Source: Chiloscyllium plagiosum (taxonomy: Eukaryota). From it: a stretch of 63,677 bases of DNA. Where the stretch lies: contig NC_057750.1 in assembly GCF_004010195.1 (NCBI RefSeq), forward strand, positions 12,789,459-12,853,135. Direction: 5' to 3'. Of the stretch, positions 50,198-61,799 are shown piece by piece (positions within the stretch are counted from its first letter, which is position 1; every line of letters begins with the position of its first letter). The position numbers and the translations under genes are program-made. The notes under the pieces are model-generated. The model worked only from the letters and a program-made list of their open reading frames with translations. It was not told the DNA's origin and did not search any database.

Positions 50198-50706
50198 GTA
50201 CTGAGTTCAGCCAGGTTGGGGCTGTTAATCTGGTCCAATCAGGGAGCCCTGGCTGACAGATATAATCAGGAAGATATTTAATCCCTGCCCTCCCCTTCAC
50301 TGTTTGATCACACAGCATTGCCCTTTGATGTGAAGGGCACTGCTTGTCACTGGCCACTTGGGTGTTTCTTTTCTTCCTGGTGGTGAAAACTAAAAAAAAA
50401 AGAAAAACAAAATAAACAGCAGGGTCAGAAGTTCTGTTCTCTCTGAGAGTTGGCTCAGTGTCAAGGAGGAGAAAGTGAGGGCTGCAGATGCTGGAGATCA
50501 GAGCTGAAAATGTGTTGCTGGAACAGCGCAGCAGGTCATTCCCCTCATTCCTGAAGAAGGGCTTGTGCCCGAAACGTCGATTCTCCTGCTCCTTGGATGC
50601 TGCCTGACCTGCTGCGCTTTTCCAGCAACACATTTTCAGCTCAGTGTCAAGGACACTCACAAGGGTGACCTGGTGATGGGATACCAGCCTCTGTGGAGCT
50701 ATTTCA
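50198..50706 (+). mobile_element. Solo LTR copy 3 with two nested insertions
   Basis: ggggctgttaatctggtccaatcagggagccctggctgacagatataa...gggataccagcctctgtggagctatttCA. Confidence 0.75.
50468..50642. mobile_element. Fold-back family A element; intact hammerhead core at 50551-50578 (+)
   Basis: Arms gagctgaaaatgtgttgctggaacagcgcagcaggtca / tgacctgctgcgcttttccagcaacacattttcagctc. Direct repeat gctcagtgtcaagga at 50453-50467 and 50639-50653. Core reads CUGAAGA-A-GGGC-UUGU-GCCC-GAAA-C-GUC. Confidence 0.88.
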
Positions 50707-51019
50707 GTGTCCATCCTACCAAGTACCCTCAGGATCCTATAACATCCCCTCTCACTCTCTGAAATTCAACAGAAATAGATCCAATTTGCTCAACCTTTCC
50801 TCTAAAAGGCAACTCTTCAGTTTAGGAATCAAACGGGTGAACCTTCACTGAACTGTTTTACTTTCATAAATAGGGAGGAATAAACCTCATCCAGTACTCT
50901 AGATATGCTCTCCCTGAGGCCCTGTTGGGGTGAGTAGATATCTCCACTAACATACTCATTACCATTTTCCAATGAATGTCAACACTCCACTCCACTTCCT
51001 GCCCCTTGCTGCAGCTGCA

Positions 51020-51250
51020 CAGAATCCCTACAGTGTGGAAGCAGGCCATTCAGCCCATCAGGTCCACACCCCCATCCCTGCACCTCCCATGGTCAATCCA
51101 CCCTATCCTGCACATCTTTGGACTGTGGGAGGAAACCGGAGCCTACGGAAGAAACTCACGCGGACACGTGGAGAATGTACAAACTCCACACAGCTGGGAT
51201 CGAACTGGTGCTGAGGCAGCAGTGCTAACCACTGAGCCATCTTGCCACGC
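51020..51250 (-). mobile_element. HE1-type V-SINE
   Basis: agaatccctacagtgtggaagcagg...gaggcagcagtgctaaccactgagcc. Confidence 0.85.
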
Positions 51251-52074
51251 TAACATGTTAATGTTTTATGATTCATGTACATTGGGCCTTTTCTCTAATA
51301 AAAAGGATTGGAACTTGAGTACTTTATGGGCACTTTTTATTATCATTCTGGACCTTTTTAAACTCTGTATTCCCATGCTAATCTTTTTGTTTTACCATTT
51401 CAATTCTGTGATAACACTTAAAGTATCTGCACCTGGGTACTCTTTACCTAAGATGGCGCCGAGAGGCAACATTACAAACTCATTCGAGTGCACGTGACAA
51501 TAAAGCAGTTTGATTCTATTTTGCTGGCATTGAGATTACCAAAATCTGACACCACATCTGAAAGGTTGTCATATGAGGAGAGCCTGAGTAAGATTGGGCC
51601 TCTACTCATTGGAGTTCAGAAGCATGAGAGGTGACCTTCTAGACACAAACAAATTTACTAGGAGTCTTAATGGGGTTGATGTAGAAAGACTGAGGAAGAC
51701 AGATTTTTATTCAGGAAGAGAACCACGAGTTTCAGGAAAAAGGCAGGAAAGTAGAGCTGAGAGTTATCAGATCAGCTACAACCTCATTGAATGGGACGGC
51801 AAATTTGGGCTGAATGGTCTCAGTGTGCTTCTCCATCTCTTGGTCTGAAAGCACACCCAGATGCCTCTGCACTGGAGAGCTTTGCAGTATTTACACCTTG
51901 TAAAAGTGACCTTTGTTTGAATGATCCTCTGGAAGTCCTCACATACCCTAATATTCAATGTACAGAGAAAGCCAGTTCACTTGACATACTCCAGGGATAT
52001 AAAGTTGTCTAATGAGGAAAGAATGGAAAGGCGATCTTATGAAACAGATAAGATCCTGAGGGGATTTGACAGGA

Positions 52075-54005
52075 TTTACCAATACCAAACAACAGCCTGA
52101 CATGGTCATACTCACGGAATCAGACCTTACAAACAATGTCCCAGACCTCACCACCCCGGATATGTCCTGTCCAACCTGCAGGACAGACCCAGCAGAGGTG
52201 GCGACACAGTGGGATGCAGTTGGGAGGGAGTTACCCTGAGAATCCTCAACATTGACTCCAGACCCCGTGAAGTCTCATGGCTTCAGGCTAAACATGGGCA
52301 AGGAAACCTCCTGCTGATTACCACGTACCATCCTCCCTCAGCTGATGAATCAATAGTCCTCTATGTTGAATTACACTTAGAGCATGCACTGAGGATGGTA
52401 AGGGTACAGAATGTATTCAGGTGGGGGATTTCAGTGCCCATCAAGAGTGCCTTGGCAGTACATAGCTGCTAGACTGGGTCTGCGGCAGGTGGTGAGGGAA
52501 CCAACGAGAGGGAAGCTGCTTGATTTTATCCTTACTAATCTGCCGCAGACAGTATCAGTAAGAGTGACCACTGCACAGTCCTTGTGGAGACAAAGTCCCG
52601 CTTTCACACTGAGAATATCGTCCATCGTGTTGTGTGACACTATCACCATACTAAATGGGACAGACTTCGAATACATCTAGCAATTCAGCTTTGGGTATCT
52701 ATGAGGCGCTGTGGGCCATCAACACCAGAATTGTACTCCAGCAGAATCTGTAACCTCATGGCTCAGCATATCCCCCCACTCAACCATTACCATCAAGTCA
52801 AAGGGTCAATGCTGGTTCAGTGGAGAGTAGCATGCCTAAAAATGAGATGTCAACCTGGCAAAGCCACCACCAGGACTATTTGCACATAAGCAGCACGTAT
52901 TAGACAGAACTGATCCCACAGTCAAGATTAGAGTGGTGCTGGAAAAGCACAACAGGTCAGGCAGCATCCGAGGAGCAGAAAAATCAACGTTTCAGGCAAA
53001 ACTGTCCACTGGTTGGAGTCATACCTGACACATAGGAAGATGATTGTGGTTGTTGGAGGTCAGTCATTTCAGCTCCAGGACATCTCTGCAGGAATCCCTC
53101 AGGGTAGTGTCCTCGGGTCCAACCACCTTCAGCTGCTTCCTCAATGGCCTTCCCTCCACAATAAGGTCAGAACTGGGGATGTGGGCTGATGAGTGCACAA
53201 CTCCTCAGACACTGAAGCAGTCCGTGTTCCAATGCAGCAAGACCCAAACAATATCCAGGCTTGGTTTGACAAGTGGAAAGTAACATTCACCGTACACAAG
53301 TACCACACTATGGTTATCTCAAATAAGAGATAATCTACCCATTTCCCTTTGATGTTCAATAACACTACAATCATTGAATCCTCCAGTATCAATATCCTGG
53401 GGGGGTTACCATTGACCACAAATTGAACTGAACTCACTGTATAACCCAGCGACAATAAGAACAGCTTAGAGATTAGGAATGCTGTGAGGACCTCCTGACT
53501 CTCTAAAGCCTGTCAACCATCAACAAGGCACCAGTCAGGAGTGAGATGGAATACTCCCCACTTGCCCTGGATGGGTAAAGTCCCAATAACACTCAAGAAG
53601 CTCAAAACCATCCAGGACACAGCAGTTCACTTGATTGGCACCACATCCACAAACATCCCCTCCCTCCACCACCGACACTCAGTAGCAGCAGGGTGTACCA
53701 TTTACAAGGTGCACTGCAGCAACTCACCAAAGCACCTTTGACAGCACTTTCCAAACCTATGAACACCACCCCCTGCAAGTTTCCCTCCAAGCTGCTAACC
53801 ATCCTGATTGGGAAATATATCGCCATTCCTTCACTGTTGCTGGATCAAAATCCTGAAATTCCTTCCCTAACAGTAAATGGTCTACCTATTGCACATGGAC
53901 TGCAGTGGTTCAAGATGGCAGTTCACCACCATCTTCTCAGGGACAAGTAGAGTTGAACAATCAATTTTGGCCCATTCAGTGATACCCATGTGCCATGAAT
54001 AATGG
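52075..54005 (+). mobile_element. LINE-B (CR1-group) with APE endonuclease and RT remnants; internally deleted, with a family A fragment at 52920-53000
   Basis: QPDMVILTES..., DRPSRGG, LLITTYHPPS and LDFILTN (APE); [10 protein letters not shown]...FSCFLNGL...WADEC (RT); shared 3' tail. Confidence 0.88.
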
Positions 54006-54384
54006 AATAAAATGAACTTCAGTAATTGGCCACCGGGATGGTTGGGAATGTTAGTGAAACTTCTGGGCTTGCAAAATGGCATTCAATGAAAATATAATTT
54101 TTAAAATTAATAGCAGCTACAAATCTGAAAATGTAGGAATGGTGGTGGGGTGGAGAGCCCAGAAATAAGAAACACACTTCACAAAATGAGGGATGTCCAA
54201 TTTAAGACTGAGATGAGTGGAATGTTTTGCTCTCTCTCCCTGTGAAGCATTCTGTGCTCATTAATTCCCAGTTACCATTCCAGCCACAAGTTAATCTCAA
54301 TTAATCTCCGCTAAGCCCATTTTCTCAGGGAGATTAAAATGGGGTCAGATAGAGTTAGAAACATAGTGAGTGGAATGTTAAACG

Positions 54385-54625
54385 GGTGTGTGTCTGTGTG
54401 TGTGCGTGCGTGTGCCTGTCAGTGTGCGTGTGTGTGTGTGTGTGCATGCCTGTGTGTATGTGAGTGTGTGTCTGTAAGAGAGTGTGTGTGTGTGTGCCTG
54501 TCAGTGTTTGTGTATGTGTGTGTGCATGCCTGTGTGTGAGTGTGTGTGCCTGTGAGAGAGAGTGTGCTTGTGTGTGTGTGTGTGTGTGGGTGCGAGTGTG
54601 TGTGTGTGCATGCCTGTGTGTGTGA
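54385..54625. repeat. Degenerate (GT)n microsatellite
   Basis: Visible GT run. Confidence 0.95.
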
Positions 54626-54637
54626 ACCTGGGGAGCA

Positions 54638-54978
54638 ATGCCACAGTGATTAGCACTGCTGCAACTCACCGCTGCCTCACAGCGCCAGGGACCCGGGTTC
54701 GATTTGAGTCTCGAGTGACTGTTTGTGTGGAGTTTGCACATTCTCCCTGTGTCTGCGTGGGTTACCTCCGGGTGCTCAGGTTTCCTCACACGTACAAAGA
54801 TTTGCAGGTTAGGTGGATTAACTATGCTAAATTAGCCATATTGTCCACGCAGTCTAGGTTGGGTAGCCATGGGAAATGCAGAGTTACAGGGAAAGGGTGG
54901 GTCTGGATGGAATGCTCTCCAGAGGGTCAGGGTGGTCTCGATGGGCCGAACGACCTGCTTCCACACTGTAAGGATTCG
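54638..54978 (+). mobile_element. HE1-type V-SINE
   Basis: gctgcctcacagcgccagggacccgggttcgat...cttccacactgtaaggattc. Confidence 0.88.
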
Positions 54979-55769
54979 GTGATTCAGTAAAAGTGGCTTT
55001 GACTGTGAAGGCCTAGGCTGATGTTTTAACGCAGTTCCTGAGGCAATGCTACACTGTCAGAGGAGCAAGTTTTCTGATGAGATGCCAAACTGAGGCGCCA
55101 TATTCCATAACAAGGGGAGGCAATGACCTAGTGGCATTATCACTGGAACGTTAGTCCAGAATCCCAGGAAATGTTCCAGGAAGTTGGGTTTAAATCCTGC
55201 CACGGCAGACGTGAAATTTGAATTCAATAAACATCTGGAATTAACAGTCTAGTGATGACCATGAAACTGTCGTCAATTGTCAGGAAAAACTCAACTGGTT
55301 CACGAATGTACTTTCGGGAAGGAATCTGCCATCCTTACTTGGTCTGGCCTTCATGTGACTCCAGAACCACAGCAATGTGGTTAACCTTTAACTGCCCTCG
55401 GGGCAATAAATGATGGCCTCATTCCATGACTGAATAATTTTTAAAATGACCTTGTGTGATTGGGGAAGAGCCAATGGCACGATTTAAATTGGAGCAAACG
55501 AGGTCTGTCCAATGTCCTGGCCAATGTGCTTCCACATCCTTCAAGGCATTGGTGACCATGTCCATCATCTGGACGGGTTCCAGTGGGTGGGTCAGTGGCT
55601 GCACTAAGTCTGGAAAATCCTGCTGCTACTAAACAGGATATCACAGACAATTGAGATTTGGATGAATTGATGGTTTGTGATTTCCCTCTTTTTCTCTCTG
55701 CCTCTGAGTTTGTTTTTCATTTTCCCCAGATGTCGGAACTGATCTGAAACCAATACCAATCTTCTCAGC

Positions 55770-55990
55770 AAGGCTTTTGAGGTGTCTTTGCTTTCTTTGA
55801 ACAGCCTATCAGCACACCCTGAACCCTCTGCAGGAGGTACCCTTCGGTTAGTGTTCGACATTCCAGTTCCAAGGCCAAGCCAGCTCAGCGGGGATTGTAC
55901 CATGCTGGGGTGAATGTTTGGCAGGCCAGCTTGGAACAGCACCTCAGCGTTTGGTAGCTTGTCTGACCATCTGATGTTCAGCAGGCAGCT
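55770..55990 (-). mobile_element. Old RTE-clade LINE fragment
   Basis: CLLNIRWSDKLPNAEVLFQAGLPNIH...QSPLSWLG...RRVP resembles the RTE C-terminal pattern 'IL.I.WQD..N.EVL..A....QLRW.GH..RM...R.PK'. Confidence 0.72.
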
Positions 55991-56337
55991 CCTGTGGGGA
56001 GATGACGGCATTGATCTAATATCACTTGATTCGCAATCTCTACAGCCTCGGCTAAGTAATGGTCTGGAGATGTGCTTTCAAATCCCCGCAGCTGATAAAA
56101 TTCATGTTCAGTTGTAAGCTGGTCTCTGTCATGGTGACCGTGAAAGTCTACTTTGAACCATAAACATTGCAGTATGTGACATTTGGAAATTTTACTGTTA
56201 CTTACTTCTAGCCTCAAGCTCTGCAATTCCCTCCTTGAACCTCTCCATTCTCCCGAGTTCATTCTCCTCCTTTAGGTCTCTCCTTAAAAACCCACCATTT
56301 TGGTCATGAGACTTAAATGTCTCTTTGCATGGCTTGG

Positions 56338-58391
56338 TGTCATGTTCAGTTCTATAGCCCTGTTGTGAAGGGACTTGGGACATTTATTACTTTTTTATCA
56401 CACTACATGGACATAAATTGCTGGTAACAGTGGGTTGAATTCTGTAAATTCATTGTACTGAGCAGGTTGGGAGATCACATCCAGTAACAGGCTTAGAGAG
56501 TGGTGTCTGTTGATTTTCCAGGATTGCTGAGCTCAGATTCTACCCGTCTCCCGCCATTACATGCCAGGCTGTGTGGCGTTGGCAGAATGTTTGCATTTAA
56601 GGTAAAGCAGCCACTGTCCACTGAATGACAGACGGAGGCCAGGTCATCACCACCATCCCTCCTTCCCCTGCCTTCTGAGACCCTCCCTGGGAGCTGCTCA
56701 CTGGGCCTACAAAAGGCCTGAACCCTTCAGTCTCAGCCTGTCCCCATGACGACAGTGCCTATAACCTCCAAGCACCAACTTTCTGCCATTTTGCAATTTT
56801 AACTTGATACTTTACCAAGCATATGGGCGGAGGAGGTGGTGTAGTGGTATTGCCACTAAATCCTGAGGCCTAGGTTAATTCTCTGCGGAGCACAGGTTCA
56901 AATCCTGTCCTGCCAATTTGCGTTTAATGAATACATCTGGAAATGAAAATTCATCTCAGCAACAGTGACTGTGAGGATTATCATTGATTGTTGCAAATTC
57001 TCATCTCATTCTTTAAACTCCTTGTAGATAAGGCAATTGCAGAAGGGTCACTCGACCTAAAATGTTAACTCTAATTTCTCTCCATAAGTGCTGCCAGATC
57101 TGCTCAGCGTTTCTAGCAATTTCTGTGTTTGAATCTGCCAACCTTACTCAGTCTGGCCTAACTGTGACTCCTGGCCCAGAGCAACATGGTTGGCTCTTAA
57201 CTACCCAGTAGTTTTAAGGTGAGAGCGGAAAGAGTTAAAAGGGACCTAAGGGGCAACTTTTTCACTCAGAGGGTGGTGTGTGTATGGAATGAGCTACCAG
57301 AGGAAGTGGTGGAGGCTGGTACACTGACAGCATTTGAAAGGCATCTGGATGGGTATCTAGAACAGGAAGGGTTTAGAGGGATATGGGCCAAGTGCTGGCA
57401 AATGGGAATGGATTAGGTTAGGATATCTGGTCGGCATCGAGTCATAGAGATGTACAACATGGAAACAGACCCTTCGGTCCAACTTGTTCATGCTGACCAG
57501 ATATCCCAACCCAATTGAGTTGGACCGAAGGGTCTGTTTCTGTGCTGTACCACTCTATGACTCTGTAACAATTCCATCAGCTGTTATGGTGGGATTTTCA
57601 ACTTGCAGTGCCAGAGAATTAGCCTGCGCTGCTGGATTGCTAATTCTGTTGTCATCCCACTCTTCAATCATCTCTCACATTTCAGAGTCCAGGCTGTGGG
57701 GGAAGGCACAGCTGCCATATGCAGGACTAAAGGAGCTTGAGGGGGGTGGGTGATGGGGCGAAAGGGGCTGGAATCGGAAAAGCGCTGAGATCTGGAAGTT
57801 GTATCGGGTTTGCTAGTGACACCCGCATCCCATTGAAGAAAGAATGAATAAAATTAACTTCGAAAGACCGTTCTCAGCAGCAGATGATTACATTACGTTC
57901 GAAGGCCGATCCGGTTTTCCAGTAGCATCAGATAGAAGGTACGGCCTGAAAATTTATTGTCAGCAAAACCGTCTCAAGGTGCTTTACAGGAACAAAATGA
58001 GACTGAAGGGTTCAGGCCTTTTGTAGGCCCAGTGAGCAGCTCCCAGGGAGGGTCTCAGAAGGTGGGGGAAGGAGGGATGGTGGTGATGACCTCCGTCTGT
58101 CATTCAGTGGACAGTGGCTGCTTTACCTTAAATGCAAACATTCTGCCAACGTCACACTGCCTGGCATGTAATGGCGGGAGACGGGTAGAATCTGAGCTCA
58201 GCAATCCTGGAAAATCAACAGACACCACTCTCTAAGCCTGTTACTGGATGTGATCTCCCAACCTGCTCTGTACAACGAATTTACAGAATTCAACCCACTG
58301 TTACCAGCAATTTATGTCCATGTAGTGTGATTAAAAAAGTAATAAATATCCCAAGGCCCTTCACAGCAGGGTTATACAAATTAGCATGACA
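56338..58391. repeat. Long inverted repeat: ~395-bp arms (56338-56735 and 57998-58391), ~1.26-kb spacer
   Basis: Direct reverse-complement alignment. The inner ~350 bp differ at about 6 substitutions plus two small indels. Confidence 0.96.
57212..57565 (+). mobile_element. CR1 3' fragment containing an inverted copy of its own terminus (~57439-57516)
   Basis: RVKRDLRGNFFTQRVVCVWNELPEEVV. gagtcatagag...acagacccttcggtccaac pairs with gttggaccgaagggtctgtt...ctctatgactc. Confidence 0.88.
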
Positions 58392-58560
58392 ACTACTCCA
58401 GGTGGTATTAGAATCGTTGAGTTATGGAAGAGGTCAATGGGTTACGGCCTCTCAAATTGACAAAATAACAGCAAACACTCAATGGACAGGAGAAAAGTTA
58501 ATGAGGTTTAAGGAGGGATAGTAACATTTAAGACATAATATTTTTGAACTGTTCTGAACA

Positions 58561-59214
58561 CAGAGGAACCTCGATTATCCGAAAATCGATTATCCGCATT
58601 TCGGATAAGAAGATTTCAAGGTCCCGCAAAAATGCTACATCAAAGAGGTGAGTGTATTTGGATTACTTGTACTGAAGAACACGTGAAAACGCTGGCAAAA
58701 CCGAAGAAACACGAGCAGTGCAAGCACCGTGACTGGATATTTTTTAGGTAAGGGTTGTTCCACAGCCCTTTGCAAAAGTAAGTGGTTTACACTTTACCGG
58801 GCCGTTTGTGAAACAAGAAAAGGCCCAGAATGTAAACACATGCGTGAGGTGGTGCTCCTGCCTTCCTATCGTGAGACTGAGTTCCCGGAAACTCACAAAT
58901 GCTCTTGTGTTCGTGGAAACTGCTCGGGAGCTTGTTTAACGCTGTCTTCACCACTCTTTGCCAAATGCTAACTACTGCCGCATTTTAAAAAAATTTTCTC
59001 GTGTTACCATTGCTTTAATTTGTACATCACGTGAAATCTGTGTCCTCTTGCACTCAATACATTAAAATTGTAGATTGAAACAAATTCTCCGGTAGAGCAC
59101 AGCATTAGATCTGCATGGCTTCTCCTGTTTGAGGTAAATTGATTATCCGAATATTCATATTATCCGATCGAAATAGTGCCCACCCAACCCGTTCGGATAA
59201 TTGTGGTTCCTCTG
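58561..59214. mobile_element. Non-autonomous Tigger-like DNA transposon (MITE)
   Basis: TIRs cagaggaacctcgattatccgaa / ttcggataattgtggttcctctg, TA on the right (CA on the left), and internal ttatccga repeats. Confidence 0.87.
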
Positions 59215-60035
59215 TATACATATATATCTACACGTTTTTTCGGGTGTGTATTTTAAACTGTTGTCAATCATTAACGTCCCAACAGGAAGTATTTCTGTTG
59301 TTCATTTGGGGATGAGGGCATCGCGAATTTCAAAAAAAATTCAGTCACAAGATAAGGGCGACGTTGGCTAATTATTGCCCGGAGGGCAGTTAAAGGTCAA
59401 CCGCATCGTTGTGGGTCTGGAGTCACATGTAGGCCAGACCAGGTAAGGATGGCAGAATTCCTTCCCTAAAGGGAATTAATGAGCCAAATGGGCATTTTCT
59501 TCCTGATAATTGACACCAGCTTCATGGTCATCATTAGACCCTTAATTCCAGATTTTTAACTGAATTTGAATCATTGATTGTCACGTGCGTTCAATGTAAA
59601 ATACAGTGAGAAGTGTGCACTGTCACCACACATTGAATCCAAATTCTACCATGACAGGACTTGAACCTGAATCCCCACATCATTAACAGGGTCTTTGGAT
59701 TAATTTTTAAAAATTTTATCAAATAGTATAAAATACAAGCAAACAATTAACCATTAACAATAAGTAGCAGGTTCCAAGAAACAGAGGTTTACAGGGAAAT
59801 TGGAATCAAGGAGCCAAACTCCAAACCCCACCAATACAGCCTGTTCACAGGGAAATGAGGACGAATCTCAAATCCCACCTTCTGTTATCAAAAAGGAAAC
59901 CCTAACACAAACTCATACTAGACAGTCCCATCAAACTAACAATAAAACAGTGCACTGAACACTGACAGCCCCAGCAACTCAGCAAACCACCCTCTCCTCC
60001 CACCTTTCAGCCCTAAAGCAGCCCAACCCCATGTC

Positions 60036-60099
60036 CCTTCCTGTTCTCGGTCCACCCTGATACACCTTCCTGTTCTCGGTCCACCCTGACACACCTTCC
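60036..60099. repeat. Tandem repeat, 2.2 x 29 bp
   Basis: ccttcctgttctcggtccaccctga(t/c)aca occurs twice. Confidence 0.9.
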
Positions 60100-61384
60100 A
60101 GCCACCTCAAGGGCAGATGGTCCTGTTTCCCCACGTCCCGGGACGATGGTGATCAGGATGGCCTACTCACCCTCTGGTCTTTGGGTTACTAGGCTAATAT
60201 CATTAGACCATTACCTCATCGTGGTACTAATGGCTTGTAGTCAGTTTATAGGGGTAGACTGTAGGAGTCAGACATGTGTACTTAGTTTCCTGGATAATTC
60301 CATCTCTATATATAGGCAGTCTCCAGGTTACAGGAGTAAATTGAATTGTGCACAATTACGGAACTCAATACCGAACTGTATAAAACAGCCATTCATAAGT
60401 ATGAACGGATTTCTGCATGTCAGATCCTTAAAATCAATAGTCGTTTGGGATCTTTTTTGTAAGTATCAGAGTTCCTAAATTGGATACAGCTGGGGATACG
60501 GCCCCCGAGTGGTGGAGCGATGGAAATCAGGAGCACTCAAGAGATCAGAATCAGAGGAGAAGCCAATGGACCAAAGGAGCAGAAGCCAGCACAGTTCAGT
60601 AAGAATGAGAGAGAAGAGCCCTTGGAAATTGGTGTGAATTAGGAGTTAGGGATCGTTATTAAGCAAACGGGTCATCAGGCAAAGACGGGGGACTGGGGCA
60701 AGAGTAAAAAGACTGAAGAAAGGTCACTCTTGGAATTCTGCATTTGGTTGAAGCATTAAGATTTTAAAGGTAGGTACTGTTAGCGGGGAATAACAAACAA
60801 AAGGTGAGCTTGAAGGCTATTGTCTATTTTCCAAGAGGAAGGTGCAGGCTGCTGGACGTTTATTGGGAGCAATGAAACTATTCCCAGAGATCATTCCTCC
60901 CGGCTCCAGTATCCCTGGTAATGAACGGACTAAAGGTCAAGGGGATAAACGCTTGGATAAATATCAAATGCACCATTATGGCATCAGTTCTGTGGGGACC
61001 GCGGGGACTGACTGGAGGATGGAGCTTGTCAAATAACCTGCAGTGTGTAATCCACGTGTGAAACTTGACAAGGGAATTTCCAGTTCTTATCATGTTATTT
61101 AACAAAGGATATGATTCAGAAAGTTTTCCACTGAAGATTTAAATTTATAAAGGGATGGGTTTAGTTTGACGATGAGAGGAATGGGATTCAGTGGGAATGC
61201 TTGCGTATCGGAAGAATGACTTTCAAAGGGATAGACTACCAGAAAATGTCTTTAACAGGAGAGTTACAATATTATAGGCATGATCATTTTCAGATTTTTA
61301 TATCTCCCACTCAAACTCATATTCAGTGCACTCACCAGTCTGGCTTGTCTTCTGTGCAGTATCTAATACCAAGACTGGACAAAG

Positions 61385-61798
61385 TAACTCCCTTCTTCAC
61401 TCCCCAAAACCTGTCCACCATCGACAAGGCACAAGTCAGGAGTGAGGGAATGTTCCCCACTTGCCCCTGGATGGGGGCAGCTCCAACAACACTCAAGAAG
61501 CTCGACACCATCCAGGACAAAGCAGCCCCCTGCTTGACTGGTACCACATCCACAAGCGTCCCCTCCTCCCACTACCGACGCTCAATAGCAGCAGAGTGTG
61601 CCATCTACAAGATGCACTGCAGCAATTCACCAAAGATCCTCAGACAGCACCTTCCAAACCCACGACCTCTTCCATGTGGAAAGCCAAGAGCAGATGATCC
61701 ATTGGAACGCCACACCGTGTAAGTCCCCTCCAAGCCAATCACCACCCTGACTTGGAAAAAACCGCCATCCATTCACTGTTCTGGAACTCTGCTCCTTA
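61385..61798 (+). mobile_element. LINE-B 3' fragment
   Basis: LSTIDKAQVRS...WMGAAPTTLKKLDTIQDKAA..LTG...AIYKMHCSNSPKILRQHLPNP. Confidence 0.88.
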
Positions 61799-61799
61799 A

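Noticed and set aside
50004..50714. Longest six-frame ORF (236 aa) and the recurring peptide CCWKSAAGQAASKEQENRRFGHKPFFRNE (also at 8371-8718)
   Set aside because: The ORF crosses LTR, Penelope-hairpin, poly(A) insert and CR1 boundaries. The recurring peptide is just the antisense reading of the ribozyme-bearing repeat.
60300..60480. Possible Tigger-like MITE (tataggcagtctccaggttac...)
   Set aside because: Only one plausible terminal repeat is visible, and I could not find a matching second TIR or TSD.
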